Shown: positions 34,731 to 43,770 of the stretch, piece by piece
Layout of the letters: each line of letters opens with the position of its first letter
How positions within the stretch are numbered: the first letter of the stretch is position 1
IMG/VR virus record: IMGVR_UViG_3300049988_000286
Coordinates: 256,001 to 320,000 of that record
Length of the DNA: 64,000 bases
Source of the DNA: a virus
Taxonomy: Duplodnaviria > Caudoviricetes
Strand: one strand, 5' to 3'
Notes under the pieces: model-generated
The model's input: the letters and a program-made list of their open reading frames with translations, nothing else
Told to the model about the DNA's origin: nothing
Databases searched by the model: none
Position numbers and translations under genes: made by a program

Positions 34731-35846
34731 ATGCCCAAGAATTTCAGTTTCGATCCACCACCCGCTCCCGTCCCCGCTCCGGTCGCCTTTGCGCCGCCGA
34801 TTCAGGCCACGCCGATTCAGGTCGCACCCGCCCCCACCGCTGCGACCGCCATCGCGGTACCGCAGGGTAGCACCGACCTGTCGGTCCTGACCGGTCGTCC
34901 CGGCAAGGCGCTCACCATGGAGGAGATCGGTAACTACGGTGGTCGCGCGCAGGGGCAGCTTGCCTCGGTGACCGACAAGATTACCGGCGTCGCCAAGACC
35001 AGCGACATGGACGAGGTGGGCAAGCTGCTCACCGACACCATCATGGCGGCGAAGGGCTACGATCCCTCGAACCTGTTCAAGAAGGGCTTCATGAGCTTCT
35101 TCAAGGGCAAGGCCACCCAGATGCAGATGAAGTTTGATTCCGTCGATTCGACGGTCAATCGGCTCGTCGGCGAGATCGACAAGCGGATCAACCTGTTCCG
35201 CTCGCGCATCGGCGATCTCGAACAACTCGCCATCCAGAACCGCGCCTTCCATGACTCGCTCGACGACGAGATCGCCGGGGTGAACGAACGCGCCGACTGG
35301 ATGGAGGCCAACCTTCCCGAGGTCGATCCCGCTGACCCCATGTCGGCCACCACGCGCAACCAGTGGATCACGGTCGTCAACTTTGCGCGCAAGCGTGCCG
35401 ACGATCTCCGCCGCGCGCAGGTGCTGGCGCAGCAGCAGCAGGCGCAGATCAGCCAGATGGCCGACAACTCCGGCGCGCTGGTGATGACGTTCGCCGACAT
35501 CAAGCAGACCACCGTCCCCGCGATGAAAACGACCTTCTCCCTCTATGTGCTGAACATGGAGCAGAAGTCGGGCGCGGAGTTCGCCACGATGACCAAGGAC
35601 TTGAACGACGATGTGATCAAGCGCAACGCGGCGCTGCTGGGTCAGAACACGACCCTGATCAACACGGCGCTCACCCGGTCGAACGTGTCGTTGGAAGCCC
35701 TACAGGCGAACCACGACTCCGTGATCAAGAGCCTCGAAGAAGTCGAGCGCATCCGCACGGAAATGAAGACGCGCATCGCCGCCGAAGCGCCACGTCTGGA
35801 ACAACTTAGTTCGGACTTGACAAAGCGGCTGGCGCAGAAGAAGTAA
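34731..35846 (+). CDS. telA: Toxic anion resistance protein TelA/KlaB family
   Basis: Pro-rich N-terminus, then MDEVGKLLTD...FDSVDSTVNRL and TTVPAMK...AEFATMTKDLNDDVIKRNA helical pattern; first gene of the Ter cluster. Confidence 0.75.
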   Translation: MPKNFSFDPPPAPVPAPVAFAPPIQATPIQVAPAPTAATAIAVPQGSTDLSVLTGRPGKALTMEEIGNYGGRAQGQLASVTDKITGVAKTSDMDEVGKLLTDTIMAAKGYDPSNLFKKGFMSFFKGKATQMQMKFDSVDSTVNRLVGEIDKRINLFRSRIGDLEQLAIQNRAFHDSLDDEIAGVNERADWMEANLPEVDPADPMSATTRNQWITVVNFARKRADDLRRAQVLAQQQQAQISQMADNSGALVMTFADIKQTTVPAMKTTFSLYVLNMEQKSGAEFATMTKDLNDDVIKRNAALLGQNTTLINTALTRSNVSLEALQANHDSVIKSLEEVERIRTEMKTRIAAEAPRLEQLSSDLTKRLAQKK

Positions 35847-35870
35847 CCCTCGAACTACAAAGGAACGAAG

Positions 35871-36602
35871 ATGTCTGGTATTTCTCTCCAGAAGGCAACC
35901 GAGCGCAGCGAAAAGGTCGGCAAGATTCTGCTGACCAAGGGTGTCTCGGTGGCACCCACCATGCGCTGCGGTCTCGCGATCGATATCTCGGGGTCGATGG
36001 GTGGCTATTTCGCCCGTGGAACCGTCCAGAAGAGCGTCGATCAGTTGGTCGGCGTATCGCTCAAGTTCGACGACAACGGCGAACTCGACATGTTCAAGTT
36101 CAACACCGGCTGTGATTACGTCGGCACCGCCAATGTGAACAACTACGACACCTTCATCGCGGACAATCGCGTGTCGGCGAACGGCGGCACCGCCTACATT
36201 CCGATCGTCGAGGAGGCGGTGAAGTTCTTCTTCGCGGGCCAGAAGAAGTCGAGCGGTGGGTTCCTCGGTTTCGGCAAGAAGACCGAGGTGGTCGCTGGCG
36301 ACGATTCGCCCGTGCTCATGATGGTCCTCACCGATGGTGAGCCCAATGAACGTGTCAACGACATCCTGCGTGCCTTCAAGGACGCGGCCCAGCACAACAT
36401 CTACTTCCACCTCGTTGGCATCGGCGGTGATCGTCGCAGCTTCCCCACGATCGCGCGCATCGCCGATGATCTCGACAATGTGGGCGAGGTCTATCTCCCG
36501 ACGCTCGACATGACCGACGACGAAATCTACGCCCAGATCATCGGTGATGAACTGGTCCAGTGGATCAAGACCCATGGTGGTTCGCAGCGCGCGACCGCCT
36601 AG
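35871..36602 (+). CDS. vWA-domain protein of Ter clusters (TerF/TerY-associated)
   Basis: MIDAS LAIDISGSM, FDDNGELD, GGTAY, VLTDGE. Confidence 0.85.
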   Translation: MSGISLQKATERSEKVGKILLTKGVSVAPTMRCGLAIDISGSMGGYFARGTVQKSVDQLVGVSLKFDDNGELDMFKFNTGCDYVGTANVNNYDTFIADNRVSANGGTAYIPIVEEAVKFFFAGQKKSSGGFLGFGKKTEVVAGDDSPVLMMVLTDGEPNERVNDILRAFKDAAQHNIYFHLVGIGGDRRSFPTIARIADDLDNVGEVYLPTLDMTDDEIYAQIIGDELVQWIKTHGGSQRATA

Positions 36603-36609
36603 TTCACAC

Positions 36610-36639
36610 GAGTGAGGGCGGGGAAACCTGCCCTCATTC
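36610..36639 (+). other. Intercistronic GAAA-capped stem-loop
   Basis: GAGTGAGGGCGGG-GAAA-CCTGCCCTCATTC without a U tract. Confidence 0.6.
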
Positions 36640-36654
36640 CTCCCTGAAACCATA

Positions 36655-37740
36655 TTGGATAATCATATGGAAACGCTGAACAAATACTACCGATGGTCCT
36701 TCATCTTCGCGATCGTCGCCCTCTTCGCCGGGGCGGGTATCGGCTGGCAGCAGGGCGGTCTCCCGAGCGCGCTCTCGGTTGCCCTCACGGTTGCGATCCT
36801 CGCCGTGCTGGAAACCAGCCTGTCCTTCGACAACGCGGTGGTCAACGCCAAGATTCTCTCCAACTGGGATCATCGCTGGCAGCAAATCTTCCTCACGTGG
36901 GGGATTTGGATCGCGGTGTTCGGTATGCGGATCGTCTTCCCGATCGCTATCGTGTCCGTCGCGACCGGTATCGCGCCCTTCTACTTCCCCGGCTGGTTCG
37001 GTATGGATCAGAATGTGCTCTCGCTCGCACTGTTCGCACCCGAGCAGTACGCGGAGCAGTTGCGCAGCGTCCATCACGAGGTCGCGGGTTTCGGTGGTGC
37101 GTTCCTCTTCATGGTCGCGTTCGGTTTCTTCTTCGCGGAAAAGCACGTCTATTGGCTCGAAGCCATCGAGACGCGCCTCACCAAGCTGGGGCAGATCGAG
37201 GGTGTGTCGGCAGCGCTGACGCTCATCATTCTGCTCGTCGTCTCCAAGCTGTTCGACAACGCGGAGGAGGGCACGCAGTTCTTCATCTCGGGAGTCTGGG
37301 GCGTGGTGACCTTCATCCTCGCACATGGTCTGGGCTCGGTGCTCGGTGGCGAGGGTGACGAAACGGGCGAGAAGATCGTTCGTGCTGGACTGGCGGGCTT
37401 CCTCTATCTCGAAATCCTCGATGCCAGCTTCTCGTTCGACGGCGTGATCGGTGCGTTCGTGCTCACCAATTATCTGCCCGTGATCGCGCTCGGTCTTGGT
37501 GTTGGTGCGTTCTTCGTCCGCTCCATGACTATCCATCTGGTCGAGAACGGCACGCTCGCCGAGTATCGTTACCTCGAACATGGTGCCTTTTACGCAATCT
37601 TCGCCCTCGCCGTCTTGATGTTCGGCAGCGGCGTGGGCTATGAGCTTCCCGAGTGGGCGACGGGGCTCATCGGCGCTGCCTTCATCGGCGTCGCCTTCAT
37701 CAACTCGCTCTCCTACAACCGCAAGAATGGGAACGCATAA
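36655..37740 (+). CDS. DUF475 (TerC-like) integral membrane protein
   Basis: VLETSLSFDNAVVNA, WGIWIAVFGMRIVFP, YLEILDASFSFDGVIGAF, YRYLEHGAFYAI. Confidence 0.9.
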   Translation: MDNHMETLNKYYRWSFIFAIVALFAGAGIGWQQGGLPSALSVALTVAILAVLETSLSFDNAVVNAKILSNWDHRWQQIFLTWGIWIAVFGMRIVFPIAIVSVATGIAPFYFPGWFGMDQNVLSLALFAPEQYAEQLRSVHHEVAGFGGAFLFMVAFGFFFAEKHVYWLEAIETRLTKLGQIEGVSAALTLIILLVVSKLFDNAEEGTQFFISGVWGVVTFILAHGLGSVLGGEGDETGEKIVRAGLAGFLYLEILDASFSFDGVIGAFVLTNYLPVIALGLGVGAFFVRSMTIHLVENGTLAEYRYLEHGAFYAIFALAVLMFGSGVGYELPEWATGLIGAAFIGVAFINSLSYNRKNGNA

Positions 37741-37743
37741 GTC

Positions 37744-38394
37744 ATGACGATCAGTCTCAAGAAGGGTGAGGGCATCTCCTTGAAGAAGGAGGCCCCCGGC
37801 ATCACCAAGTTCTACATCGCGCTCGGCTGGGATGAGGAGCGCGGCGTCGATCCCGACGTAACGGCGTTCTGCTGCAAGACCGATGCGTCGGGCAATCCCG
37901 TGCTCTATCCCAACACCGCCGCCACCGAGCAGTCGGCAATCGACTACGGCAACCTCGTGTTCTTCAACAATCCGAAGAGCGCCGATGGTGCGGTGGTGCA
38001 CGGCGGAGACAATCGCACGGGCAAGAACAACCCCGCGCTGGCGGGCACGGCGGCGGCGGATGATGACGAGCAGATCGTCGTCGATATCGCCAAGCTGGAC
38101 CCGAACATCGATGAGATCGCGATCGTGGTCACCATCGACAAGGTGAAGGAACTCGGCCTCGACTTCTCGCGCGTGCGCAATTCGTTCATCCGCATCTGCC
38201 AGAACGATGCCACCGGCCGCGAACTCGCGCATCACAAGATCACCGAGGACTATGCGTCTGCTACTGCCGTGGCGTTCGGCTCGCTGCTCAAGGACCAGAA
38301 CGGCGACTGGGACTTCACTGCTGCATCGCAGGGGTTCGGATCGAAGAAGAACGTCGTTGATTTCGAGGCCGTCGTCGGCCAGTACCTCAAGTAA
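37744..38394 (+). CDS. terD: TerD-family stress protein
   Basis: MTISLKKG...LGWD...VFFNNPKSADGAVVHGGDNRTG...DDDEQIVVD...SFIRI...WDF.A..QG. Confidence 0.9.
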   Translation: MTISLKKGEGISLKKEAPGITKFYIALGWDEERGVDPDVTAFCCKTDASGNPVLYPNTAATEQSAIDYGNLVFFNNPKSADGAVVHGGDNRTGKNNPALAGTAAADDDEQIVVDIAKLDPNIDEIAIVVTIDKVKELGLDFSRVRNSFIRICQNDATGRELAHHKITEDYASATAVAFGSLLKDQNGDWDFTAASQGFGSKKNVVDFEAVVGQYLK

Positions 38395-38397
38395 GCG

Positions 38398-39270
38398 GTG
38401 CCGAAGAAGTTCGACTTCGGTAACGGGGAGGTGGTGCCAGCGGCACCGCCTCCCTCACCTGTGCGCCGGGGAAAGGCGTTCGATTTCCCCGAAGCCACCG
38501 CTCCTGTGGAAGAGGCTGCCCCGCCACGGCGCGGCAAGTCGTTCGACTTCTCCAACCTGCCCGCCGAAATTCCCACACCAGCCGAGCCCAAGCGCCAGCC
38601 CAAGGTCATCGTACCAGAGGGTCGGGGAGAGGTTCGTTACCAGCGTGCAGCCCGTGAGCGCACGCTCACCGATGCCCTGATGGACAAAGCGCGGACGATC
38701 GCTCCGGGTATGCAGATCGACCGCCTCCGGGGACGCATCGATCAACTGCTCGTCATCGACATGGAGGCGCTGACGAAGTGGGGCGACCTCAATCTCCTTC
38801 CCTTGCAGCAAGCGAGCGGCGTTCAAGCCGATATCGCCGCCAAGCTACAGAGCATCGATGCGGTTGGGCGTCTCAAGGAAGCCCACGACGCGGTATGTCG
38901 CCCGGTGACTTTCTTCGACCGTGTGGCGGGCCGTAAGCCCGAGCATTACGAGCAGAGCCTCGCGACGGCAAAGCGCGGTTTGCAGGAGTTGATGCTCAAG
39001 TCGGAGGCGCAGCGCCGCGAATTTGAGCCCGAGGTTATCGATCTCCACCTCGACGCTATCGCGCTGTCGGTGACCTTGACCGAGTTTAGTAATCCCAGCA
39101 TGGGGAACATCGCAAACTCTCGAACCAAGACGCTGTTGCTCGCGCACCAGACGGGCACCATGCTCCTGCAAGTGCTCACTAATACGATCGAGCAATGCGC
39201 GACATTCTTGGGCCAGATCGATTCGTTGATCAACGTCACTATCCCACAGTGGAAGCTGTCCCAGCGATAA
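38398..39270 (+). CDS. Ter-cluster helical protein with Pro-rich N-terminus (possibly KlaA/TelA-related)
   Basis: Last gene of the cluster; three FDF motifs in the N-terminal region, then a helical C-domain. Confidence 0.55.
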   Translation: MPKKFDFGNGEVVPAAPPPSPVRRGKAFDFPEATAPVEEAAPPRRGKSFDFSNLPAEIPTPAEPKRQPKVIVPEGRGEVRYQRAARERTLTDALMDKARTIAPGMQIDRLRGRIDQLLVIDMEALTKWGDLNLLPLQQASGVQADIAAKLQSIDAVGRLKEAHDAVCRPVTFFDRVAGRKPEHYEQSLATAKRGLQELMLKSEAQRREFEPEVIDLHLDAIALSVTLTEFSNPSMGNIANSRTKTLLLAHQTGTMLLQVLTNTIEQCATFLGQIDSLINVTIPQWKLSQR

Positions 39271-39290
39271 GAGTCCGATGAAGGGTCAGT

Positions 39291-39306
39291 TCCCCTAAAT
39301 AGGGGA
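39291..39306 (+). promoter_or_regulatory. Late promoter in a perfect hairpin
   Basis: TCCCCT-AAAT-AGGGGA; TAAATA 39296-39301; ATG 39306. Confidence 0.75.
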
Positions 39307-39923
39307 TGACCTTCACTGTCCAAAAACTCCGCGCTATCTTCCCGACAACGAAAAACGAGGTTCTCGAAACCTTTGTAGCGCCCCTTAATGCCACCTGCGC
39401 ACGCTTCGACATCTCGACGGTCGCGCGCCGCGCCGCCTTTATCGCACAGGTGGGTCACGAGAGCGGCAACCTTACTGCCATGAAGGAGAACCTCAACTAC
39501 GGCCAGAGCGGCCTGTTGAAGGTATTCCCGAAGTATTTCCGTGATGCCGCCACCGCGTCTCGGTACGCCCGTAACCCAAAGGCTATCGCCAATCGCGTCT
39601 ATGCGAACCGGATGGGTAACGGCGACGAGGCGAGCGGAGATGGCTACCGCTATCGTGGTCGTGGTCTGATCCAGATCACCGGCTCGTATAACTACCACGC
39701 GTTCGCGACCGTCATGAAGATCAGCGTCGCTGATGCTTGCACCTACATGGAGACGCTGGAAGGTGCGGCTATGTCGGCGGGTTGGTTCTGGTCACAGGCC
39801 GGGCTCAACGCGATGGCGGATCAGACGCGCTTCACCGACATTACACGGAGGATCAACGGTGGTGTAAATGGTTTAGCGCACCGGAAAGAACTCTGGGCGC
39901 TAGCCCTCAAGGCGTTGGCTTAA
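39306..39923 (+). CDS. Endolysin, glycoside hydrolase family 19
   Basis: FIAQVGHESG, ENLNY, YRYRGRGLIQITGSYNY, SAGWFW, ITRRINGG.NGL..R. Confidence 0.9.
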   Translation: MTFTVQKLRAIFPTTKNEVLETFVAPLNATCARFDISTVARRAAFIAQVGHESGNLTAMKENLNYGQSGLLKVFPKYFRDAATASRYARNPKAIANRVYANRMGNGDEASGDGYRYRGRGLIQITGSYNYHAFATVMKISVADACTYMETLEGAAMSAGWFWSQAGLNAMADQTRFTDITRRINGGVNGLAHRKELWALALKALA

Positions 39924-39961
39924 TTAATGCGTGGGCGGAAACGCCTCGCTATATCACTCCA

Positions 39962-40090
39962 ATGACCAAGCCCCTTGATCCCGCCCTCGCCCAGAAGATC
40001 GAGCAGATTCTCGATCGCCACGTCGATGATCGCGTCATGCACGCGGTCATGCATCGCCTTGCCGTGGCCTTGGAGCCGCACCTCAAGTAA
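39962..40090 (+). CDS. Small hypothetical protein
   Basis: MTKPLDPALAQKIE...; a -10-like TATATC ends 6 nt before the ATG. Confidence 0.5.
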   Translation: MTKPLDPALAQKIEQILDRHVDDRVMHAVMHRLAVALEPHLK

Positions 40091-40347
40091 TGATTACCGA
40101 CATCCCCATTGACCGCCTCGAAGCGCAAGGGGTGCGTTGTGGTACCGACGCGCAAGCCGTCGCGGTCAAGTTGCCGCCACGGATGGTGCGCTGGATGCGC
40201 GACCATTCCGCTGATCCCTATCGCTTCGAGATCGTTGAGGGCGAGGGTCTCAAATGTGGTGAAATCGTTATTCCGGTCGCGGTAGCATGTCGCCTTCATG
40301 CTTCGGAGAATGACGCCATTCTATTCCGGATCAGATTCGGTTTTTGA
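40090..40347 (+). CDS. Small protein of the dispersed F-x-x-x-x-D-A-x-L family
   Basis: HASENDAILFRIRF. Confidence 0.6.
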   Translation: MITDIPIDRLEAQGVRCGTDAQAVAVKLPPRMVRWMRDHSADPYRFEIVEGEGLKCGEIVIPVAVACRLHASENDAILFRIRFGF

Positions 40348-40362
40348 CCACCTAAATAGGTG

Positions 40363-41703
40363 ATGATCACACGATACGATTATTTTTGCGACTACCAGAT
40401 CAAGCGCTTCATCATGCAAGTGGTTCGCGCCTTTTCGGGTTTCCAGTATCAAACCGGTGCACGCGGCGACAAAGCACCAGAACTTCGCTTGGTGCCTTGC
40501 CTCCCTGCCAGCCGCAACCGTCAGGCAGCCGCTATCCGCCGTAACATGTCGGAGAACACCCTTCTATCTGTTCCTCTGATCACGGTGGATATGATCAGCT
40601 TTGAGCCAGATCGCGATCGTGTGCAAAGCCCAGATCACATCGACACCGTTCAGGTGCGCGAGCGCGAGCGGGATGCCATCACGGGCGATTACACAGGTCG
40701 AGCCGGAAACGCCATGACGATCGAGCGTATGATGCCTCGCCCTTACACGATGACGATGCAGGTCGATATTTGGACTGCGAATATGGATCAGAAGCATCAA
40801 TTGCTCGAACAGATCGACATCTACATCAATCCGTCTTTCGACATCCAGAACAGTGATAATCCCCTTGATTGGACCGCACTCACCACTGCCTTCATGGAGT
40901 CGCAAACTTGGTCCTCCCTCTCGATCCCGATTGGCACCGAGAACGAGATCGATGTGGCGACGATTACGCTCAAGATTCCCATGTGGCTCACACCACCCGC
41001 TCGTGTTTCCCGCCAGACCCTGATCCATCAAGTGGTTACCAATATCGCAACCGCAGATCGTGACGAACACGGCGTGATCCGGACTGGCGAAACCTTGATT
41101 GAGCACGTCACGACACCGGATGACTGTCATGTTCGTGTCGAGCGCGGCGTCCTCACGCTCCTTGGTAGCGGGGGTGAAGAGACGCGAGCCGATGGGAGCA
41201 CGTTCTCATGGCACGCCCTTTTGGGGAAGATGGGCGCGATCCTTCATCCATCAGAGACTCAAATCCGAGTGCGCTGCGATAACCGTGATATCATCGGCGT
41301 CATTCAGCCAACCGACGACGACAATCGGGTGATCTGGCAGACAGACATTGATACCCTTCCCCATAATACGCTGTCGCCCATTGATCGCGTCATCGATCCC
41401 CGGCGACACGTCCCCGGTGAGGGTAACATGGCCGCGCCCAGCGATGGTCAGCGTTACCTCCTGCTCGAAGACCTTGCGAGTAATTCGCTGGTCTGGGGGG
41501 CAATTACCGCACGCGAGGGCTCGATCATCGAGCGCCGAAATGGCGCGTGGGTTGTCGTCTTTTCCGGCACGAGCGATCAGTCCGAGTATGTGGTCAATCG
41601 CACCAGCGGGAGACAGCTTCGTTGGGTCGCGGATACCAAGGAGTGGGTCATCGCTATCGATGGTATCTACTCGCCGGGTGAGTGGCGTATCGGGATCGTT
41701 TGA
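40363..41703 (+). CDS. Tail terminator/sheath stabiliser (T4 gp15-like) with C-terminal extension
   Basis: YDYFCDYQIKRFIMQVVRAFSGF, IERMMPRPYTMTMQVDIWT, QLLEQI...NPS, EIDVATITL; CACCT-AAAT-AGGTG late promoter 4 nt before the ATG. Confidence 0.7.
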   Translation: MITRYDYFCDYQIKRFIMQVVRAFSGFQYQTGARGDKAPELRLVPCLPASRNRQAAAIRRNMSENTLLSVPLITVDMISFEPDRDRVQSPDHIDTVQVRERERDAITGDYTGRAGNAMTIERMMPRPYTMTMQVDIWTANMDQKHQLLEQIDIYINPSFDIQNSDNPLDWTALTTAFMESQTWSSLSIPIGTENEIDVATITLKIPMWLTPPARVSRQTLIHQVVTNIATADRDEHGVIRTGETLIEHVTTPDDCHVRVERGVLTLLGSGGEETRADGSTFSWHALLGKMGAILHPSETQIRVRCDNRDIIGVIQPTDDDNRVIWQTDIDTLPHNTLSPIDRVIDPRRHVPGEGNMAAPSDGQRYLLLEDLASNSLVWGAITAREGSIIERRNGAWVVVFSGTSDQSEYVVNRTSGRQLRWVADTKEWVIAIDGIYSPGEWRIGIV

Positions 41704-41746
41704 CAACTCGGTAGTTCGCTGCTAACTGATCTTCAAGGAGATCACG

Positions 41747-42124
41747 ATGCCGCAGAAGAAGACCGAAATGGAATCCGGAGATATTTCTGCGGAGAGCGGT
41801 TATGTCGCGCATACCCCGGAGCAGATGCGCCAACTCGCGATCGATGTCGCCGCAGGGAGCGTGTTCGGTTCGTGGCAGCTTCCCGAACACGATATGCAGC
41901 ACGTGAACCTGATCTTCATGCCACTGATGTTCATGGATGATATCATGGTCAAGGAAATGCAGCGCGACGGTGCTATGCACTTCTACGGCCATATGCGCGA
42001 CTCGTTTGATCGCGGCATCAACGGCTACCCGATCTTCATGTCGGTACGCGTGATCGATGCCGCTGACTGCGCGCGCCTCAATCAAATGCTCAAAGCCTTG
42101 GAGGCTCTCAATGAGGGTAACTGA
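41747..42124 (+). CDS. Hypothetical protein
   Basis: SD AAGGAG; TTGACA 41700-41705. Confidence 0.7.
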   Translation: MPQKKTEMESGDISAESGYVAHTPEQMRQLAIDVAAGSVFGSWQLPEHDMQHVNLIFMPLMFMDDIMVKEMQRDGAMHFYGHMRDSFDRGINGYPIFMSVRVIDAADCARLNQMLKALEALNEGN

Positions 42125-42404
42125 TCGCAAGCTTGGCGGCGAGGCCAATTTCGTCGGTGGAACCGCGCTCACCAACGAGCAGTGGCGTGCGCAGCTTCCG
42201 CCCATCCACTGGCATCGGCTGAAGTTCGCTTCATGGACCGAATCCCACTACGCCCTCGCCTACCGGTGGGCGGCGACGAACAGCGTCGGCTGGGTCTACT
42301 TCAGTGATGAGACCTACTATTTCGGCGACTCCGGTGACGCGGCGCTGTTCATGCTTTGGGTGACGGAGAGCGGCGTCGAGGACGACAGCGGCACGATCGC
42401 ATGA
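42111..42404 (+). CDS. Small protein of the dispersed F-x-x-x-x-D-A-x-L family
   Basis: YFGDSGDAALFMLW. Confidence 0.6.
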   Translation: MRVTDRKLGGEANFVGGTALTNEQWRAQLPPIHWHRLKFASWTESHYALAYRWAATNSVGWVYFSDETYYFGDSGDAALFMLWVTESGVEDDSGTIA

Positions 42405-43063
42405 TGCGCGTCGCCCACATGGCGGTCAGGGACTTTCGAGCTATTCGGAAGTTCGACCGGCGCTTCGATCCCAGCCACCAGATCATCGTCGGCCCAAACG
42501 GTTGCGGGAAGACGACGCTCCTCAACCTCTTGGCGATGGCAGCGGGAAGCGACCGCGCCTCGGGGCTGTTTGCGGGCGAGAGGATCGGTCATCTCTCCGT
42601 GACTCTCGTCAATGACGGTTGCGAATATACGATCGAGATCGGGGATCGCCTTGATCCCGACTATTTCGACGAATGCAAGGCTGCGTTGCCGCAGCGGGTG
42701 AACTTCGCCTTTGACGAGGATTACAGCGATTGGCTGGCGAACGGCAAGATCGATGTCGAGGAGGCGGAGCGCTTGATCGATGCATATCGGGTCCGTGAGA
42801 ACCTCGACACCAACGTCTTCGGGCGTCGCGGCCAGACGGTTCAGGCGTGCTTCGGTGACGGGTCGAAGCAGGGCATACGCCTTTGCCTGTGCGCGGCAAT
42901 GCGGGATGGCCCGCTCCTCTTGGATCAACCAGCACGCCACCTCCACATCGTGGTTAAGCGCTTCATGGGCATCATGTTCGCAAAGACTCCCCAGCAGGTG
43001 ATTTCCGTCACCCATGATCCGGAGTGGATTGCCGAATCCATGAACTCCGCGTTTAGTCTGTGA
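42401..43063 (+). CDS. Standalone ABC/SMC-type ATPase domain (AAA_21/AAA_15-like) with Walker-B E-to-Q
   Basis: VRDFRAI, Walker A GPNGCGKTT, signature-like FGDGSKQ, Walker B LLLDQPARHLH, H-loop VTHDP. Confidence 0.75.
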   Translation: MMRVAHMAVRDFRAIRKFDRRFDPSHQIIVGPNGCGKTTLLNLLAMAAGSDRASGLFAGERIGHLSVTLVNDGCEYTIEIGDRLDPDYFDECKAALPQRVNFAFDEDYSDWLANGKIDVEEAERLIDAYRVRENLDTNVFGRRGQTVQACFGDGSKQGIRLCLCAAMRDGPLLLDQPARHLHIVVKRFMGIMFAKTPQQVISVTHDPEWIAESMNSAFSL

Positions 43064-43102
43064 AAAATAGTTGTTGACAAGTCTTTCCAGTATCCTATTT
43101 GA
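43063..43102 (+). promoter_or_regulatory. Early promoter with UP element
   Basis: AAAAATAGTTGTTGACA (43063-43079), nearly identical to the 10835 and 11604 elements. Confidence 0.65.
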
Positions 43103-43134
43103 CGCCGGGTCGGAACAGCAACAGGAATTTCTAC

Positions 43135-43701
43135 ATGAACGACAATGCAAATCAGGCGATCGATCAGAGCCTCGACATCGCGTCGCGTATCGTCATCGCC
43201 TACGTGGGCAACTCGCACAACCACCTCAATACCGATGCGCTCAACACGCTGATCACTGCCACCTACTCGACTGTGCAGGGTCTCGCCGGTACGGCCGCGC
43301 CCGTCGCCGCCACTGCCGAGGTCGAGGAGGAGATGCGTCCTGCGGTCTCGGTCCGCAAGTCGATCGCCGATCCCGAGTTCATCATCTGTCTCGTCGATGG
43401 CCAGAAGGTCAAGGTGCTCAAGCGCTACATTCGCACGCGCTTCGGCCTGACGCCCGAGCAGTATCGCGAGAAGTTCAACCTCCCCGCCGACTACCCGATG
43501 GTCGCCCGCGCCTATTCGGATCGTCGTCGCGAACTCGCCAAGACGATCGGCCTCGGCACCAAGGGCCGTGTTCGCCAGTCGGCCGTCGAGGCGCTCGCCG
43601 ATATGACCGGCGAGAGCGCGGATACGATCAAGGCAGAGATGGACGGCAAGAAGCCGGGCCGCAAGCCGCGCGCCAAGAAGGCCGAGATGGCGGACGCCTA
43701 A
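43135..43701 (+). CDS. mucR: Ros/MucR-family nucleoid-associated regulator
   Basis: IVIAYVGN, PAVSVRKSI...IICLVDG...LKRYI...GLTPEQYREKFNLPADYPMVARAYS..RRELAK.IGLG. Confidence 0.9.
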   Translation: MNDNANQAIDQSLDIASRIVIAYVGNSHNHLNTDALNTLITATYSTVQGLAGTAAPVAATAEVEEEMRPAVSVRKSIADPEFIICLVDGQKVKVLKRYIRTRFGLTPEQYREKFNLPADYPMVARAYSDRRRELAKTIGLGTKGRVRQSAVEALADMTGESADTIKAEMDGKKPGRKPRAKKAEMADA

Positions 43702-43720
43702 TCGGCCTCGTCTGAATAAT

Positions 43721-43755
43721 AAAAGCCTCGGTGTCTTGCGACGCCGGGGCTTTTT
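43721..43755 (+). terminator. Intrinsic terminator
   Basis: AAGCCTCGGTGTC-ttgc-GACGCCGGGGCTT followed by T's. Confidence 0.8.
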
Positions 43756-43770
43756 CTATATCTTCCCATT

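Noticed and set aside
36634-38235. 533-aa antisense ORF across DUF475/terD, and similar shadows opposite telA, vWA, ParB and the PAAR region
   Set aside because: They lie fully opposite well-supported genes and show the typical reverse-complement composition.
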